Below, one piece after another: positions 1 to 10,275 of a stretch of 64,000 nucleotides of DNA. Positions within the stretch are counted from its first letter, which is position 1; each line of letters begins with the position of its first letter. Location of the stretch: contig JACPBB010000001.1 of the NCBI GenBank assembly GCA_016180525.1, positions 169,180 through 233,179 of the forward strand. The letters are read 5' to 3'. Source of the stretch: Parcubacteria group bacterium. GTDB lineage: Bacteria; Patescibacteriota; Minisyncoccia; Phycocordibacterales; UBA2135. The notes beneath the pieces were generated by a model that made no database searches, had not been told where the DNA came from, and saw only the letters and a program-made list of their open reading frames with translations. The position numbers and the translations under genes are program-made.

Positions 1-3000
1 GAAACAACAAGCGTTCTTCCGTAGGGAATCGCGTACTCAATGCGTTCCCCTTTTTTCTTTCCAGCTCCCGCTTCCTCGGTTAATACCACGAGCACCTGCT
101 CATTCCCCTTGTTTTGAATTTCAAGAACCTCTCCGTCGGTACGAGAAACAACTGCGGGGTTTTTGGGAATGCGGCGTTCAAATACCTCTTCAACACGCGG
201 AAGACCTTTTGTAATATCAGATCCGGTAACACCTCCTTGGTGAAAAGTTCTCATGGTCAACTGCGTTCCCGGCTCTCCAATAGCTTGAGCCGCAATAACG
301 CCCACCGCCTCTCCTTGCTCAATTAATTTATGACGTCCCATATCAAGGCCGTAACAATTTCTGCAAAGACCATATACTGTCTTACAAGAAAGCGGGCTCC
401 GAATGAATACTTCTTCTGTACCCGCGTCTGTAATTTTTTTAATCTCTGCCCGTTTCAGAAGAGTCTTTTTAGGGACAATGACAACTCCGTCCGCACCGAC
501 AATATCTTTTACGATAATACGGCCTCCAATCACTTTTGTGAGAGAAACACCGATACCTGAAATATTTTCCTTTAAACTGACCCGACGCCCAACTTTATCT
601 CCGCAATCATCCTCCGTGATAATGACATCCTGGGCGACATCAACAAGCCGCCGCGTTAAATATCCGGCTTTCGCGGTTTGCAGTGCCGTGTCGGTAAGCC
701 CCTTTCTTGACCCGTGAGTAGTAATAAAATATTCAATAGGAGTAAGCCCTTCTTTGTAGGAGGAAACTATAGGGAAGTCAATTGGCACGCCAACGGTATT
801 CATCACAATCCCCTTCATGCCGGTCATCTGCGTAATGGGACCGAGAGAACCTCGGGCGCCTGATTTCCACATATCATGTACCGAGCCGTTAAGCGAAAGT
901 GTTCCGGGAATTGCCTTGGCAACTTCCTCTTTTGCTTTTTCCCAGACTTCAATAACCATTCTGTATCGCTCGACATCAGAGAGAAGCCCGCCGCTCCATT
1001 GTTCCATAATCTCCTTTTCTTTCTTTCTCGCCTCGGCAACAATGCGCTCTTTTTCTTTTGGAACCGCTAAGTCTTCCATGCCCCAGGTAATTCCCGACTT
1101 CGTCGCAAATTTGAATCCAAAATCTTTAATTTTATCGAGAATTGTCGTGATTCGTTCTACGGGATATTTCTCAATAATATTATCCATAATTTCGGAGAGA
1201 GCGCTTTTGTCCACCTCCGCGTTTATATATGGATAATCACTCGGGAGTACGCTGTTAAATAAAAGACGGCCAACAGAAGTTTCAAAAACACCACCCTTAA
1301 GTTGGGCATATTTTTCGGTTTCGGTCGCCATGACTTTTATTTTTGCCCGCAAACTCAAGATGCCGAAATCGTGCGCGGTGATAGCGAGGTTTGGGCTTCC
1401 AAAAACTTTACCCTCTCCTTTCTCACCAGGAAGTATTTTTGTAACCCAGTATGTTCCGAGCGTAATATCAAGCATTTTTGAAATAACTACCGGATATCCC
1501 GTTCCCGGTTTAAATATATTTTTATCCGCCGCCATTATTTCTCGGGCCTCTCCTTGCGCCTCTTTTGAGAGCGGCACGTGAACGGCCATCTGGTCTCCGT
1601 CAAAGTCAGCGTTAAATGCGGGACAAACAAGCGGATGCAATTCAATAGCGTTTCCTTCAATAAGAATTGGTTTAAACGCCTGCACGCCAAGCCGGTGAAG
1701 CGTCGGGGCCCTGTTTAAAAGAACGTATTTATCTTTGATAACATCTTCAAGAATAGCCCAGACTTCCGGTAGCCCTTCTTCAATAAGACGTCCGGCCCCC
1801 CTGATGTTGTACGCCAGTTCCTGTTTTAAAATTTCCGAAATAACAAATGGCCTAAACAGTTCAAGCGCCATGTGTTTTGGAAGGCCGCACTGGTCAAGCC
1901 TTAAGCTCGGGCCGACAACAATGACTGATCGCCCCGAATAATCAACCCGTTTACCCAATAAGTTTTGTCTAAAAAGCCCCTGTTTTCCTTTAAGGTTCTC
2001 CGACAGTGATTTTAAAACTTTTTTCCGGGCATGCGCGGCCTGCTGGGACGTAGAGCGACGCATTGAATTATCAAGAAGCGAGTCAACGGCTTCTTGAAGA
2101 ATTCTTTTTTCGTTACGCAAAATAACATCCGGAGCATTAATTTCCTTAAGTTTTTTAAGACGATTATTCCGATTTATAACACGTCGATACAAGTCATTCA
2201 CGTCGGAGGTGGCATGTCTTCCTCCGTCAAGAGCGACCATCGGCCGAAGCTGGGGAGGCATGACAGGTATCACCGTAAGAAACATCCATTCAGGACAAAC
2301 ATCGGCCTCTACAAGAGATTTAACCAAGGCGAGACGTTTTCGTATTTTAGTTTTTTCCGCGGCCGACGCTTCTTCAAAATCTGCTTCAAGCTGTGTCGCT
2401 AATTTTTCCAGATTTACTTTTTTCAGAAGATTATAGAGAGCCTCTGCGCCAATTTCCGCATGAAAAACACTTCCGTACTTCAGAGAAAAACGGTGATACG
2501 AAACCTCGTCAAGCACGGAACCTGCCCGCAGGTCTTCAATTTCTTTTCTTACTTCGGTAAAACGTTTCTTCAGAATTTCCTTTTCTTTCACGCTCTCGGC
2601 AATTTTTTGCTTTGATTTAAATTCTGATTCAAGGTCTTTTAAAATTTTATTTCGTTCGCCTTCGTATACCTCCGTCACCATGTAGCCGGCAAAATACACA
2701 ACTTTTTCAACATCGGAAAGAGAGAGGTTCAGTAAAAGTCCAATGCGTGAAGGCACTCCCCGCAAAAACCAAATATGAGAAACCGGCGAGGCAAGTTCTA
2801 TGTGGCCCATCCGCTCACGGCGCACGATTGATCGCGTTACCTCAACGCCGCACCGTTCGCAAATAATATTTTTGTAACGAATGCGGCGATATTTACCGCA
2901 ATAGCACTCGTAGTCTTTTGTGGGACCGAATATTCGCTCGTCAAAAAGTCCGTTACGCTCGCTTCTTCCGGTACGATAGTTTATGGTTTCTGCTTTCGTT

Positions 3001-3087
3001 ACCTCTCCGCGCGACCATTCCCGCATACGCTCGGGGGATGCGAGTTTGATAATGATTGAATTAAAGTCTTTTGTTTGTGGATTCATA
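1..3087 (-). CDS. rpoC: DNA-directed RNA polymerase subunit beta' (partial; 3' end beyond window start)
   Basis: Minus-strand reading frame starts at ATG 3087..3085 and translates [83 protein letters not shown]..., the canonical beta' N-terminus with its Zn-binding Cys motif. The frame stays open to position 1, so it is absent from the ORF track. It lies directly downstream of rpoB. Confidence 0.92.
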
Positions 3088-3091
3088 ATGC

Positions 3092-3170
3092 TAGGCTTTA
3101 GGCTTTAGGCTTTAGGCTTTAGGAATATCGTTTTTTCCTAGCGCCTAGTGCCTAATAACCTAGAGCCTCA
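3092..3170. repeat. Intergenic imperfect-palindrome element, copy 1: (TAGGCTT)x4-TAGG / 14-nt loop / CCTAGCGCCTAGTGCCTAA. It lies between the rpoB stop and the rpoC start, ending 4 nt before the rpoC ATG.
   Basis: Tandem 7-mer TAGGCTT x4 at 3092-3119. The downstream half (3137-3170) is its imperfect reverse complement in 5-bp modules separated by 2-nt mismatches. Two further copies with the same architecture are at 36887-36964 and 43202-43287. Confidence 0.8.
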
Positions 3171-3174
3171 ATAA

Positions 3175-6100
3175 TTACTTTTCATTGCTTAGCTCCACAT
3201 CAAGCGCAAGCGCTTTTAAATGATGCATGAGCACATTAAAAGATTCGGGTAAGTTCGGCTCTCGTAATTCCTCTCCTTTTATAATTGAATCAAACGTCGC
3301 CGCACGACCTAAAATATCGTCTGATTTCACGGTGAGCATCTCACGAAGTGTGTGCGCCGCGCCGTATCCTTCAAGCGCCCAGACTTCCATCTCTCCAAAC
3401 CTCTGCCCACCCCCTTGCGCCTTTCCTCCAAGTGGCTGCTGATGAATGAGCGAATACGGACCGATAGAGCGCATGTGGATTTTATCTTCAACCATGTGAT
3501 GCAATTTCATAATGTACATGTATCCGATGGCAATTTCTTGCTCAAACTGTTCTCCTGTGCGCCCGTCATAAAGTTTTACCTTTCCATTTTCATTGAAGCC
3601 GGCTTTTTTGAGTTCCTGTTTAATTTCCTCTTCTGTCGCGCCCAAAAACGGAGGAGTAATCGCCTGATAATTAAGCGTGTGCGCGGCAAGTCCGAGATGC
3701 AGCTCTAAAATCTGCCCCAAGTTCATACGAGACGGAACTCCAAGCGGAGTTAAAATAACGTCAATCGGGGTGCCGTCAGCGAGGTATGGCATTTCTTCTG
3801 TGGGAAGAATTTTTGAAATAACTCCCTTGTTGCCGTGTCGCCCCGCAAGCTTGTCTCCCACCGTTACGGTGCGCAGCTGTGCAACTTCCACATGAATGCG
3901 CTTGATGGTTCCTGAATCAAGCTCGTCGCCGTTGTCGCGAGAAAATACCTTAACCCGTATGACACGCCCCCGCTTTCCGTGCTCCATTCTTTTTGAAGTA
4001 TCTTTTACGTCACGCGCTTTTTCTCCGAAAATTGAACGCAGGAGCCGCTCTTCGGGAGTGAGCTCCGCTTCTCCTTTGGGGGTAATTTTCCCGACTAAAA
4101 TATCGTTCGGCCCCACTTCAGCGCCGACCATCACAATCCCGTCTTCATCAAGATTTTTCAGCTTTGCTTCTCCGACATTTGGTATGTCGTGGGTTGTAAT
4201 TTCAGGACCAAGTTTCGTATCTCGGACGTTTACCTGAAACTCATCAACATAAAGAGACGTAAAGACATGGTCGCGCACAAGCCGCTCCGATAAAATAATG
4301 GCGTCTTCATAGTTCGCCCCGCTCCATGACATAAACGCGACAAGAACGCTCTGCCCGAGAGAAATTTCTCCGTCAACAGTTGAAGCATTATCGGCAAGGG
4401 GCGTCCCCTTTTTAACTTTTTGCCCAAGCTCCACTATCGGACGCTGCCTGAACGCGGTGACTTCGTTTGTTTTTACGAAATTTACCAGTTTATATTCTTT
4501 CTCTTTGTTCTTTTTTGCTTTAGAATTTTTAGTAATAATTTTATTTCCATCAACGGCAATAACAGTTCCCTCTTCTTCGGCAACAACAATTCTACCGGAG
4601 TCGGCGGCCGCTTTCCCTTCAATGCCTGTAGCAACACGCGGTCTCTGCGGAATAATGCACGGCACCGCCTGCTTTTGCATGTTTGAACCCATGAGCGCCC
4701 TGTTCGCGTCATCATGTTCAAGAAATGGAATAAGAGATGTCGCGACAGAAAACGGCTGGTTTGAGGCAACGTCAATAAAATGAACGTCCTTGGTGCTCAC
4801 AAGCCGAACCTGACCTTCTTTGCCTTTCGCGCGAACTTCCACGAACTTCTCCACAAAAACACCATCGTCGTTATAGGCGGTTGCCGCGTGCGCAATATTA
4901 TAATTTTCCTCTTCAATGGCGTTTAAATAGACGATTTCTTTTGTCACGATGCCATCTACAACTTTAAGATACGGGGTTTCAATAATCCCAAACTCATTTA
5001 CACGGGCAAACATCGAAAGACGAAGGATGAGCCCGATACTCTGTCCTTCAGGGGTGTGAATGGGACAGACACGTCCATAGTGAGACGGGTGCACGTCTCG
5101 CACTTCAAAACCGGCTCTCTCGCGAGTAAGTCCACCCGGGCCAAGCGCGGAGAGCGTGCGCAAGTGTTCAAGCTCGTCAAGCGCGTTTTTTTGGTTCATG
5201 TATTGAGTAAGTTGGTGCGTGTTGAAAAATTCTTTAATAGATGTCTGCAACGGTCTTGGGTTTATAAGTTGCACGGGAAGCATTGTTTCGGGATCCGTTG
5301 TCGACATTCTGTCTTGAATATTGCGCTTCATGCGGGAAAGCCCGACCCGAATGCGCTGTTCAAGCATTTCCCCCATAAAGCGAACGCGCCGGACGCCTAG
5401 GTGATCAATATCGTCACCTTCCGCTCCGGGAGTGTGGTTGAGCGTAATAATATGAGAAATAATGGTCACTAAGTCGTCCGCGGAGATAGTGCGTCTGTCC
5501 ACCTCTTTCTTATCCATGCTTTTATTGAACATTTTGTTAAATCGGTAACGTCCGACCGGAGAGAGGTCATAGCGCTCAGCGCCGAATATCCCGTCAATGA
5601 ATTCCTTCGCGTTTTCAGCAGAAGCCAATGTGCCGTCACGAAGCCGTTTATATATTTCAATATATGATTCATCCACCGTGTGCGCGGCGTCTTTCGCGAT
5701 TGATGTTTTAATGTATTGAACTGCGTGCTCATTGCCTTTAAAAAGATTCAGCAATTCTGCTTCAGTTTTGGCACCGCTGAATATTCGGAGAAGTGCCGTA
5801 GCGGAAATTTTTCGTTTTTTATCTATACGGACGTAAATCGCCCCGTCTGCTTCTGATTCAATTTCAATCCACGCGCCACGGGAAGGAATTATTTTTGCTC
5901 CAAAATATTTTACTCCACGTGTTTCCTGTTCGTTGAAGAACACTCCGAATGAACGAGCAAGCTGAGAGACCACAACGCGCTCGTTACCGTTAATGATAAA
6001 CGTGCCGTGCGGAGTCATAATCGGGAAATCCACAAGGAAAATTTCCTGTTCTTTTTCTTTACCAAGATTTTTGTTTTTTAGTTTGACGATTGCCCGAAGC

Positions 6101-6345
6101 GGAGCCTGAAGCGTCAGTTTATTTTCCTTCGCATAAAATTCGTCAAATAGAGGCTCCGCGAGTTCAAACGAGATAAATTCCAAATCAAACTTTTTTCCGG
6201 AATAGTCGGAAATAGGAGAAAATTCTTTAAACAAACCTTTGAGATCTTCGGTGACAAGTTTTTTATATGAACGAACCTGTGGCTCCACCAAGTCAGGCGG
6301 AGTAAGAATCGGTTTTTTATATTTTGAAAAATATTTTTTTTGCAT
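3175..6345 (-). CDS. rpoB: DNA-directed RNA polymerase subunit beta
   Basis: 1056-aa ORF with hallmark rpoB motifs (…GEMEVWALEGYGAAHTLREMLTVKSDD…, …RFGEMEVWAL…) and full-length collinearity with bacterial beta subunits. Confidence 0.97.
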   Translation of the reverse strand: MQKKYFSKYKKPILTPPDLVEPQVRSYKKLVTEDLKGLFKEFSPISDYSGKKFDLEFISFELAEPLFDEFYAKENKLTLQAPLRAIVKLKNKNLGKEKEQEIFLVDFPIMTPHGTFIINGNERVVVSQLARSFGVFFNEQETRGVKYFGAKIIPSRGAWIEIESEADGAIYVRIDKKRKISATALLRIFSGAKTEAELLNLFKGNEHAVQYIKTSIAKDAAHTVDESYIEIYKRLRDGTLASAENAKEFIDGIFGAERYDLSPVGRYRFNKMFNKSMDKKEVDRRTISADDLVTIISHIITLNHTPGAEGDDIDHLGVRRVRFMGEMLEQRIRVGLSRMKRNIQDRMSTTDPETMLPVQLINPRPLQTSIKEFFNTHQLTQYMNQKNALDELEHLRTLSALGPGGLTRERAGFEVRDVHPSHYGRVCPIHTPEGQSIGLILRLSMFARVNEFGIIETPYLKVVDGIVTKEIVYLNAIEEENYNIAHAATAYNDDGVFVEKFVEVRAKGKEGQVRLVSTKDVHFIDVASNQPFSVATSLIPFLEHDDANRALMGSNMQKQAVPCIIPQRPRVATGIEGKAAADSGRIVVAEEEGTVIAVDGNKIITKNSKAKKNKEKEYKLVNFVKTNEVTAFRQRPIVELGQKVKKGTPLADNASTVDGEISLGQSVLVAFMSWSGANYEDAIILSERLVRDHVFTSLYVDEFQVNVRDTKLGPEITTHDIPNVGEAKLKNLDEDGIVMVGAEVGPNDILVGKITPKGEAELTPEERLLRSIFGEKARDVKDTSKRMEHGKRGRVIRVKVFSRDNGDELDSGTIKRIHVEVAQLRTVTVGDKLAGRHGNKGVISKILPTEEMPYLADGTPIDVILTPLGVPSRMNLGQILELHLGLAAHTLNYQAITPPFLGATEEEIKQELKKAGFNENGKVKLYDGRTGEQFEQEIAIGYMYIMKLHHMVEDKIHMRSIGPYSLIHQQPLGGKAQGGGQRFGEMEVWALEGYGAAHTLREMLTVKSDDILGRAATFDSIIKGEELREPNLPESFNVLMHHLKALALDVELSNEK

Positions 6346-6751
6346 AATAGATTTTAAACGAGTAAAACGAATATTAAAATCATTACCCTGTGAAAGAAAA
6401 ATCTAAAAGATTTTTATTTCGTGGGGTTAGAAAAAACAAAAGAAGAACTATGCACATGAAAAAGCCCCGATTGTGGTCGGTAAGATCAAAAAGGGGTTTT
6501 AAGAAAAAAGCATAGAGCTGTATTTTTCTATCGTTTAATATGTTTGCCTGCTTTTTTGAGGCGTGAAAGATTGCCGAATTCACGCTTTAAGCGGCAAAAA
6601 GCCCGATAAATATGTAGATTTTTGAGAGTCCCCCCGCAACTCAATCAGAACAGTTATTAATAGCCATTATATATATCCCCAAAACAATGTCAAGAGTTTT
6701 CCACACCCCCAACACAAAACGCCGCCGCCCCTCGCATTTTAACCTCGCACA

Positions 6752-6782
6752 ACAAAACACACCCTTACAAACTAGTTTGTAA
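6752..6782. promoter_or_regulatory. Perfect 14-bp-arm palindrome (CACCCTTACAAACT/AGTTTGTAAGGGTG) inside a long non-coding region upstream of rpoB
   Basis: Seen directly: acacccttacaaactagtttgtaagggtgt. It is flanked by a CA-rich low-complexity tract at 6690-6760. No convincing ORF in 6346-7252. Confidence 0.4.
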
Positions 6783-7297
6783 GGGTGTTGTGTGTAAAAA
6801 CTATGTACTTTTTCTTTTTTGCTCACGCAAACTTTTTTTGTGTTTTTTTGTCACTAACACGCAAAACTGCGCAATTTCTCGCAGACATGTTTCTTCATAT
6901 ATTGTCTGCTCGCGCGGATGAAAGACATATGTATTCCAGCGAGGAAACCAAGAAATATATCCAAGAAACGCACGTTCTTTTGTATTTCTTACCTCGTAAT
7001 GAGAAATATCTCGAGTATCATTGGATTCAATTTCTTGAAAATAAATATAGGTGCCGAATGTTTCTCTGTCGTCACTTCCTGCTCTAAGTGCCACAAACCC
7101 ACCGTTTTTAAATACTGCGTTTCAGTATAACAAAAAGTACTATACACGCAACGACAGCCAAAATTCTCCACATTTCAACCCAAACTAAAAACACCCCAAG
7201 TAATTTGAGTGTAATGTTGACTCATTTTAAAATTGTGCTAAAACAAAGCTAGTTGCCGACCCCCGTAACTGCTTCAACCACACAAGGAGGACCCACG

Positions 7298-7846
7298 ATG
7301 CGGAGAATGTTGCAGATCGCTCTTTTAGCAGTCTGCTTTGCGGTTCTCTCTCCTATCGTAGAGGCAAGCATCATCGGCCTGTACTATTACGTACAGAACG
7401 ACAAAGTAAGCGTTGTCTTAAAAGATGGCCGACCATTCCTTATAGTTGAAGTCTCGAAATTTCCCGATTTGCCGGCATGCACCGGTTTCCAAGTCTACCG
7501 CACCAAACCGTTTACCAGAAAAGAACTCAATCTCATAAGCGGGCCTCAAGGAAAAGGCACCGGTTTCGGTCTCTGGAAATCTAAAAAATGTCTTGATGCA
7601 TATTATGAAAAAACGGGCAAGAATGAACGCGTCCCCGTTAAAAAACTCGTTCAGGAAATAGACGTATATAACGATTTCTTCGGATATTTCACAAATAAAG
7701 AACAATTGATTCGTGACTTTGAAGCAGGGAATTTTTTCCTCGCCGTCATGTATCAGAAAAACTATGACGGGTACGAATCAGATATGTATGAAGAGCTCTA
7801 TTCGTACAAAGATGTAGTAAACGGAAAAGTGCTCCTCGGCCAATAA
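7298..7846 (+). CDS. hypothetical secreted protein (signal peptide)
   Basis: ORF 7253..7846. The internal ATG at 7298 is preceded by aaggagg and opens MRRMLQIALLAVCFAVLSPIVEA, a predicted signal peptide. No recognisable family. Confidence 0.55.
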   Translation: MRRMLQIALLAVCFAVLSPIVEASIIGLYYYVQNDKVSVVLKDGRPFLIVEVSKFPDLPACTGFQVYRTKPFTRKELNLISGPQGKGTGFGLWKSKKCLDAYYEKTGKNERVPVKKLVQEIDVYNDFFGYFTNKEQLIRDFEAGNFFLAVMYQKNYDGYESDMYEELYSYKDVVNGKVLLGQ

Positions 7847-7872
7847 TTAATAATACGTTTTCACCAATGCAC

Positions 7873-7904
7873 GCGGCTACTTTTAGTAGCCGTTTTTATT
7901 TTCC
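7873..7904 (+). terminator. Rho-independent terminator (GCGGCTAC-TTTT-AGTAGCCG + T-run)
   Basis: Perfect 8-bp stem followed by tttttatttt, immediately downstream of the 7846 stop. Confidence 0.75.
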
Positions 7905-7979
7905 CTCACCTATTTTGAATGTATAAAAAAAGACCCTTTGATGTTATCGCAGGGTCTTAGTTCTGGTTGGTTCGTGTGG

Positions 7980-8498
7980 CTAGGCGGGGTTAATCTGTTT
8001 CCAGCCCTCACCCTCGGTGTACCACCTTTCTGCATCCGACGGGGTGTCGGAGAGATGCGGAGGATGGCAGACTTCACCAAATTCACGCTTGGCAACGAGC
8101 CGCTCGAGCATCGGCGAGCCGTCGTCATGAAAATCGTTGTAGACGAGCGAATGCCCTTTGTAGAGATAGAATGAACGCCCGCCGATGCGAACACCGAGCT
8201 CGCCGATATCGTTGACGACCCACTCGACCTCCTCAGCGGAGAGAGGACCTGCAAGCCGGCGGATTCTTGCCTTCATCGCATCAATTAGTCGTGTGAAAAC
8301 GTTGGGCGGATTCTCCAGCATGATGCGTTCGGATCTTATCCTCATCTCTCTGCCCGAAGACAAAGCCACGAGGATACGCCCTCCTGCCTGTCTGATGACC
8401 GAAGCAACGGTGCCTGCTGATGCGCGCACCTTACCACTTCGTGAATCTTCCACAAAGACAATCTTGTCGCCCGTGTGGAACTGGGGTTTGGATAGCAT
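7980..8498 (-). CDS. hypothetical protein, compositionally GC-rich (possible horizontally acquired gene)
   Basis: ORF 7980..8543. The internal ATG (MLSKPQFHTGDKIVFVEDSRSGKV…) is preceded by GGAAGAAGGAGAG. GC content by eye is well above the flanking genes. No recognisable domain. Confidence 0.5.
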   Translation of the reverse strand: MLSKPQFHTGDKIVFVEDSRSGKVRASAGTVASVIRQAGGRILVALSSGREMRIRSERIMLENPPNVFTRLIDAMKARIRRLAGPLSAEEVEWVVNDIGELGVRIGGRSFYLYKGHSLVYNDFHDDGSPMLERLVAKREFGEVCHPPHLSDTPSDAERWYTEGEGWKQINPA

Positions 8499-8592
8499 TG
8501 CGCTCTCCTTCTTCCTTAGGGTTAAGTTAAGCAGAACGGACATTCGATTACTCGAACTCCAACTTAATTATACCATACTAAATGAGTATTTG

Positions 8593-9234
8593 TCAATAGA
8601 GCTTCCTCTTCCTCCATTCCGCTATTTTTTTGTGGTCGCCGGAGAGAAGAATTTTGGGGACTGCGTATTTTCTTTTTTTATGAACTATTATTTCCGGACG
8701 AGTGTAGACTTCCGAAGATGTCTCGCGTGACTCTTCAAGCGACTCATGTGTGCCGAGCACCCCTTTCATCTGCCGCGCTGTCGCGTCAATGACAATCATC
8801 GCGGGAAGCTCCCCTCCCGTGAGAATATAGGGACCGATAGAGATTTTTTCCGCCTTTAAAATTTTTGCCACGCGCTCATCAACCCCTTCGTAGTGTCCCG
8901 CGATTAAAATGATATCGGCATATGTTTTGGAAATTTTTTTTGCGTAGACATTCGTGAATTGCTTGCCGTCTGCGGCAAAAAGAATGACTTTGGCATTCTT
9001 TTTGCCGCGCCTGATTTTATCAACTATTTTTACAATCGGCTCAACTTTAAGCACCATACCGGGGCCTCCGCCATATGGCTTGTCATCTGCAACTTTGTGT
9101 TTCCCTTTCGCGAAATCGCGTATATCGTAAATTTTTACAGCGATTTTTCTGTTTTTCACCGCGCGCTTCAGCATTGACTCATTGAGATATGAGAAACTGT
9201 TTGGAAATAATGTGAGAATGTGAAACCGAACCAT
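8593..9234 (-). CDS. trmD: tRNA (guanine37-N1)-methyltransferase
   Basis: 213 aa; signature …DDKPYGGGPGMVLKVEPI… and SPOUT-fold collinearity. Downstream of rpsP and the KH-protein gene, as in canonical operons. Confidence 0.92.
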   Translation of the reverse strand: MVRFHILTLFPNSFSYLNESMLKRAVKNRKIAVKIYDIRDFAKGKHKVADDKPYGGGPGMVLKVEPIVKIVDKIRRGKKNAKVILFAADGKQFTNVYAKKISKTYADIILIAGHYEGVDERVAKILKAEKISIGPYILTGGELPAMIVIDATARQMKGVLGTHESLEESRETSSEVYTRPEIIVHKKRKYAVPKILLSGDHKKIAEWRKRKLY

Positions 9235-9328
9235 AAAATTAGAATATAGAATTACGAATTATGAATCAAGGAAAACAAAAACTCCCCGAAAAATAATTGA
9301 GGGGAGTTTTTGTTTTTAGAATCGCAGA

Positions 9329-9646
9329 TTAGAGCTTGAGATCATCCATTGCTCTGTCTACGTCGCTTGAAGCTCGAGATCGTTTTCCGCCCTCGGGCTC
9401 GCTAATTTTCAAATTAACCCGCGCGTTGTTTTTGATGCCGACCACTCGCAGAAGCGTGCGGATAGCTTTCGCTGTCGCACCCATTCGGCCAATGACTGTT
9501 CCCATATCTTCGGGAGCAACATCAAGCGTCATAAGGACGCCCATTTCGTCAACTTCTCGTTTGACTTTAACCGCGCTCGGGTTGCTTACTAATGCCTTCA
9601 CTACTACTTCAAGAAAATCTTGGTCTTTTAATTCTTTAGAAGCCAT
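9329..9646 (-). CDS. KH-domain RNA-binding protein (UPF0109/KhpA-like)
   Basis: 105 aa with a …VIGRMGATAKAIRTLLRV… KH core. Conserved position between rpsP and trmD. Confidence 0.8.
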   Translation of the reverse strand: MASKELKDQDFLEVVVKALVSNPSAVKVKREVDEMGVLMTLDVAPEDMGTVIGRMGATAKAIRTLLRVVGIKNNARVNLKISEPEGGKRSRASSDVDRAMDDLKL

Positions 9647-9759
9647 AAAGCAAATATATTATCTTTTAATCATTAATATCAAGCAGAAACCGACCTTGTT
9701 TTAATTCTGCGGGTTACCTATATTATATATTATTATTTTAAAATGTCAAGTACTTTTTA

Positions 9760-10209
9760 TTACGCCTTCGTTTCAGGGGCTGCGGGCTCTTCCTTCTTTT
9801 CTTCTTTTACCTGTTCCTCTTTTTTTACTTCATCTTTTGCCGTTTCGGATTTTGGTTCAATTGTTTTTTCCTCTACTTTTTTCTCGGCACTTACCGAAGG
9901 CGTTGCAACCCCCGCTTCTGTCTCGCCCTTCTTCAGTTTTTTCTTTGCCGAGACATCAATCTTTGCTCCTTTTATAATCCCTTTTTTTATGAGAAGGTTG
10001 TGGACTGTCGCGGTCGGCTGTGCCCCTTTTGACACAAGCTCCGCAATTCTGTCTTTCTTCAAGGCACCTTCCCGCCCACCTCGCGGGTCATAATTTCCGA
10101 GGACTTCCAAATACCGCCCGCTTTTCGTGCTGTTTCTGGAATCGGTCAAAACCACCCGAAACGCAGGCTCATGAATTCTTCCCACTCGCTGTAATCTGAT
10201 TTTTAACAT
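9760..10209 (-). CDS. rpsP: 30S ribosomal protein S16 with Lys/Glu-rich C-terminal extension
   Basis: The internal start MLKIRLQRVGRIHEPAFRVVLTDSRNSTKSGRYLEVLGNYDPR matches the bS16 N-terminus. ORF-track start 10248 is probably an upstream artefact. The C-terminal ~60 aa are a KE/A-rich low-complexity tail. Confidence 0.88.
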   Translation of the reverse strand: MLKIRLQRVGRIHEPAFRVVLTDSRNSTKSGRYLEVLGNYDPRGGREGALKKDRIAELVSKGAQPTATVHNLLIKKGIIKGAKIDVSAKKKLKKGETEAGVATPSVSAEKKVEEKTIEPKSETAKDEVKKEEQVKEEKKEEPAAPETKA

Positions 10210-10275
10210 AATGAAGAATATACTATCAAAAGAACATAGACCCCGCAAGCGTGCATAAAAAATGCTTTTTTAAGC

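Noticed and set aside
3227-6345. Numerous 60-120-aa ORFs antisense to or inside rpoB, rpoC, leuS and the large repeat protein (for example 3352..3708, 3896..4237, 40749..41630, 41170..41997, 41963..42730)
   Set aside because: They are embedded in or antisense to confidently identified long genes and have low-complexity translations; frame artefacts.
6383-7171. Small ORFs (60-100 aa) in the rpoB upstream non-coding region
   Set aside because: There is no RBS or homology and the translations are low-complexity. The region is treated as non-coding pending an ncRNA search.
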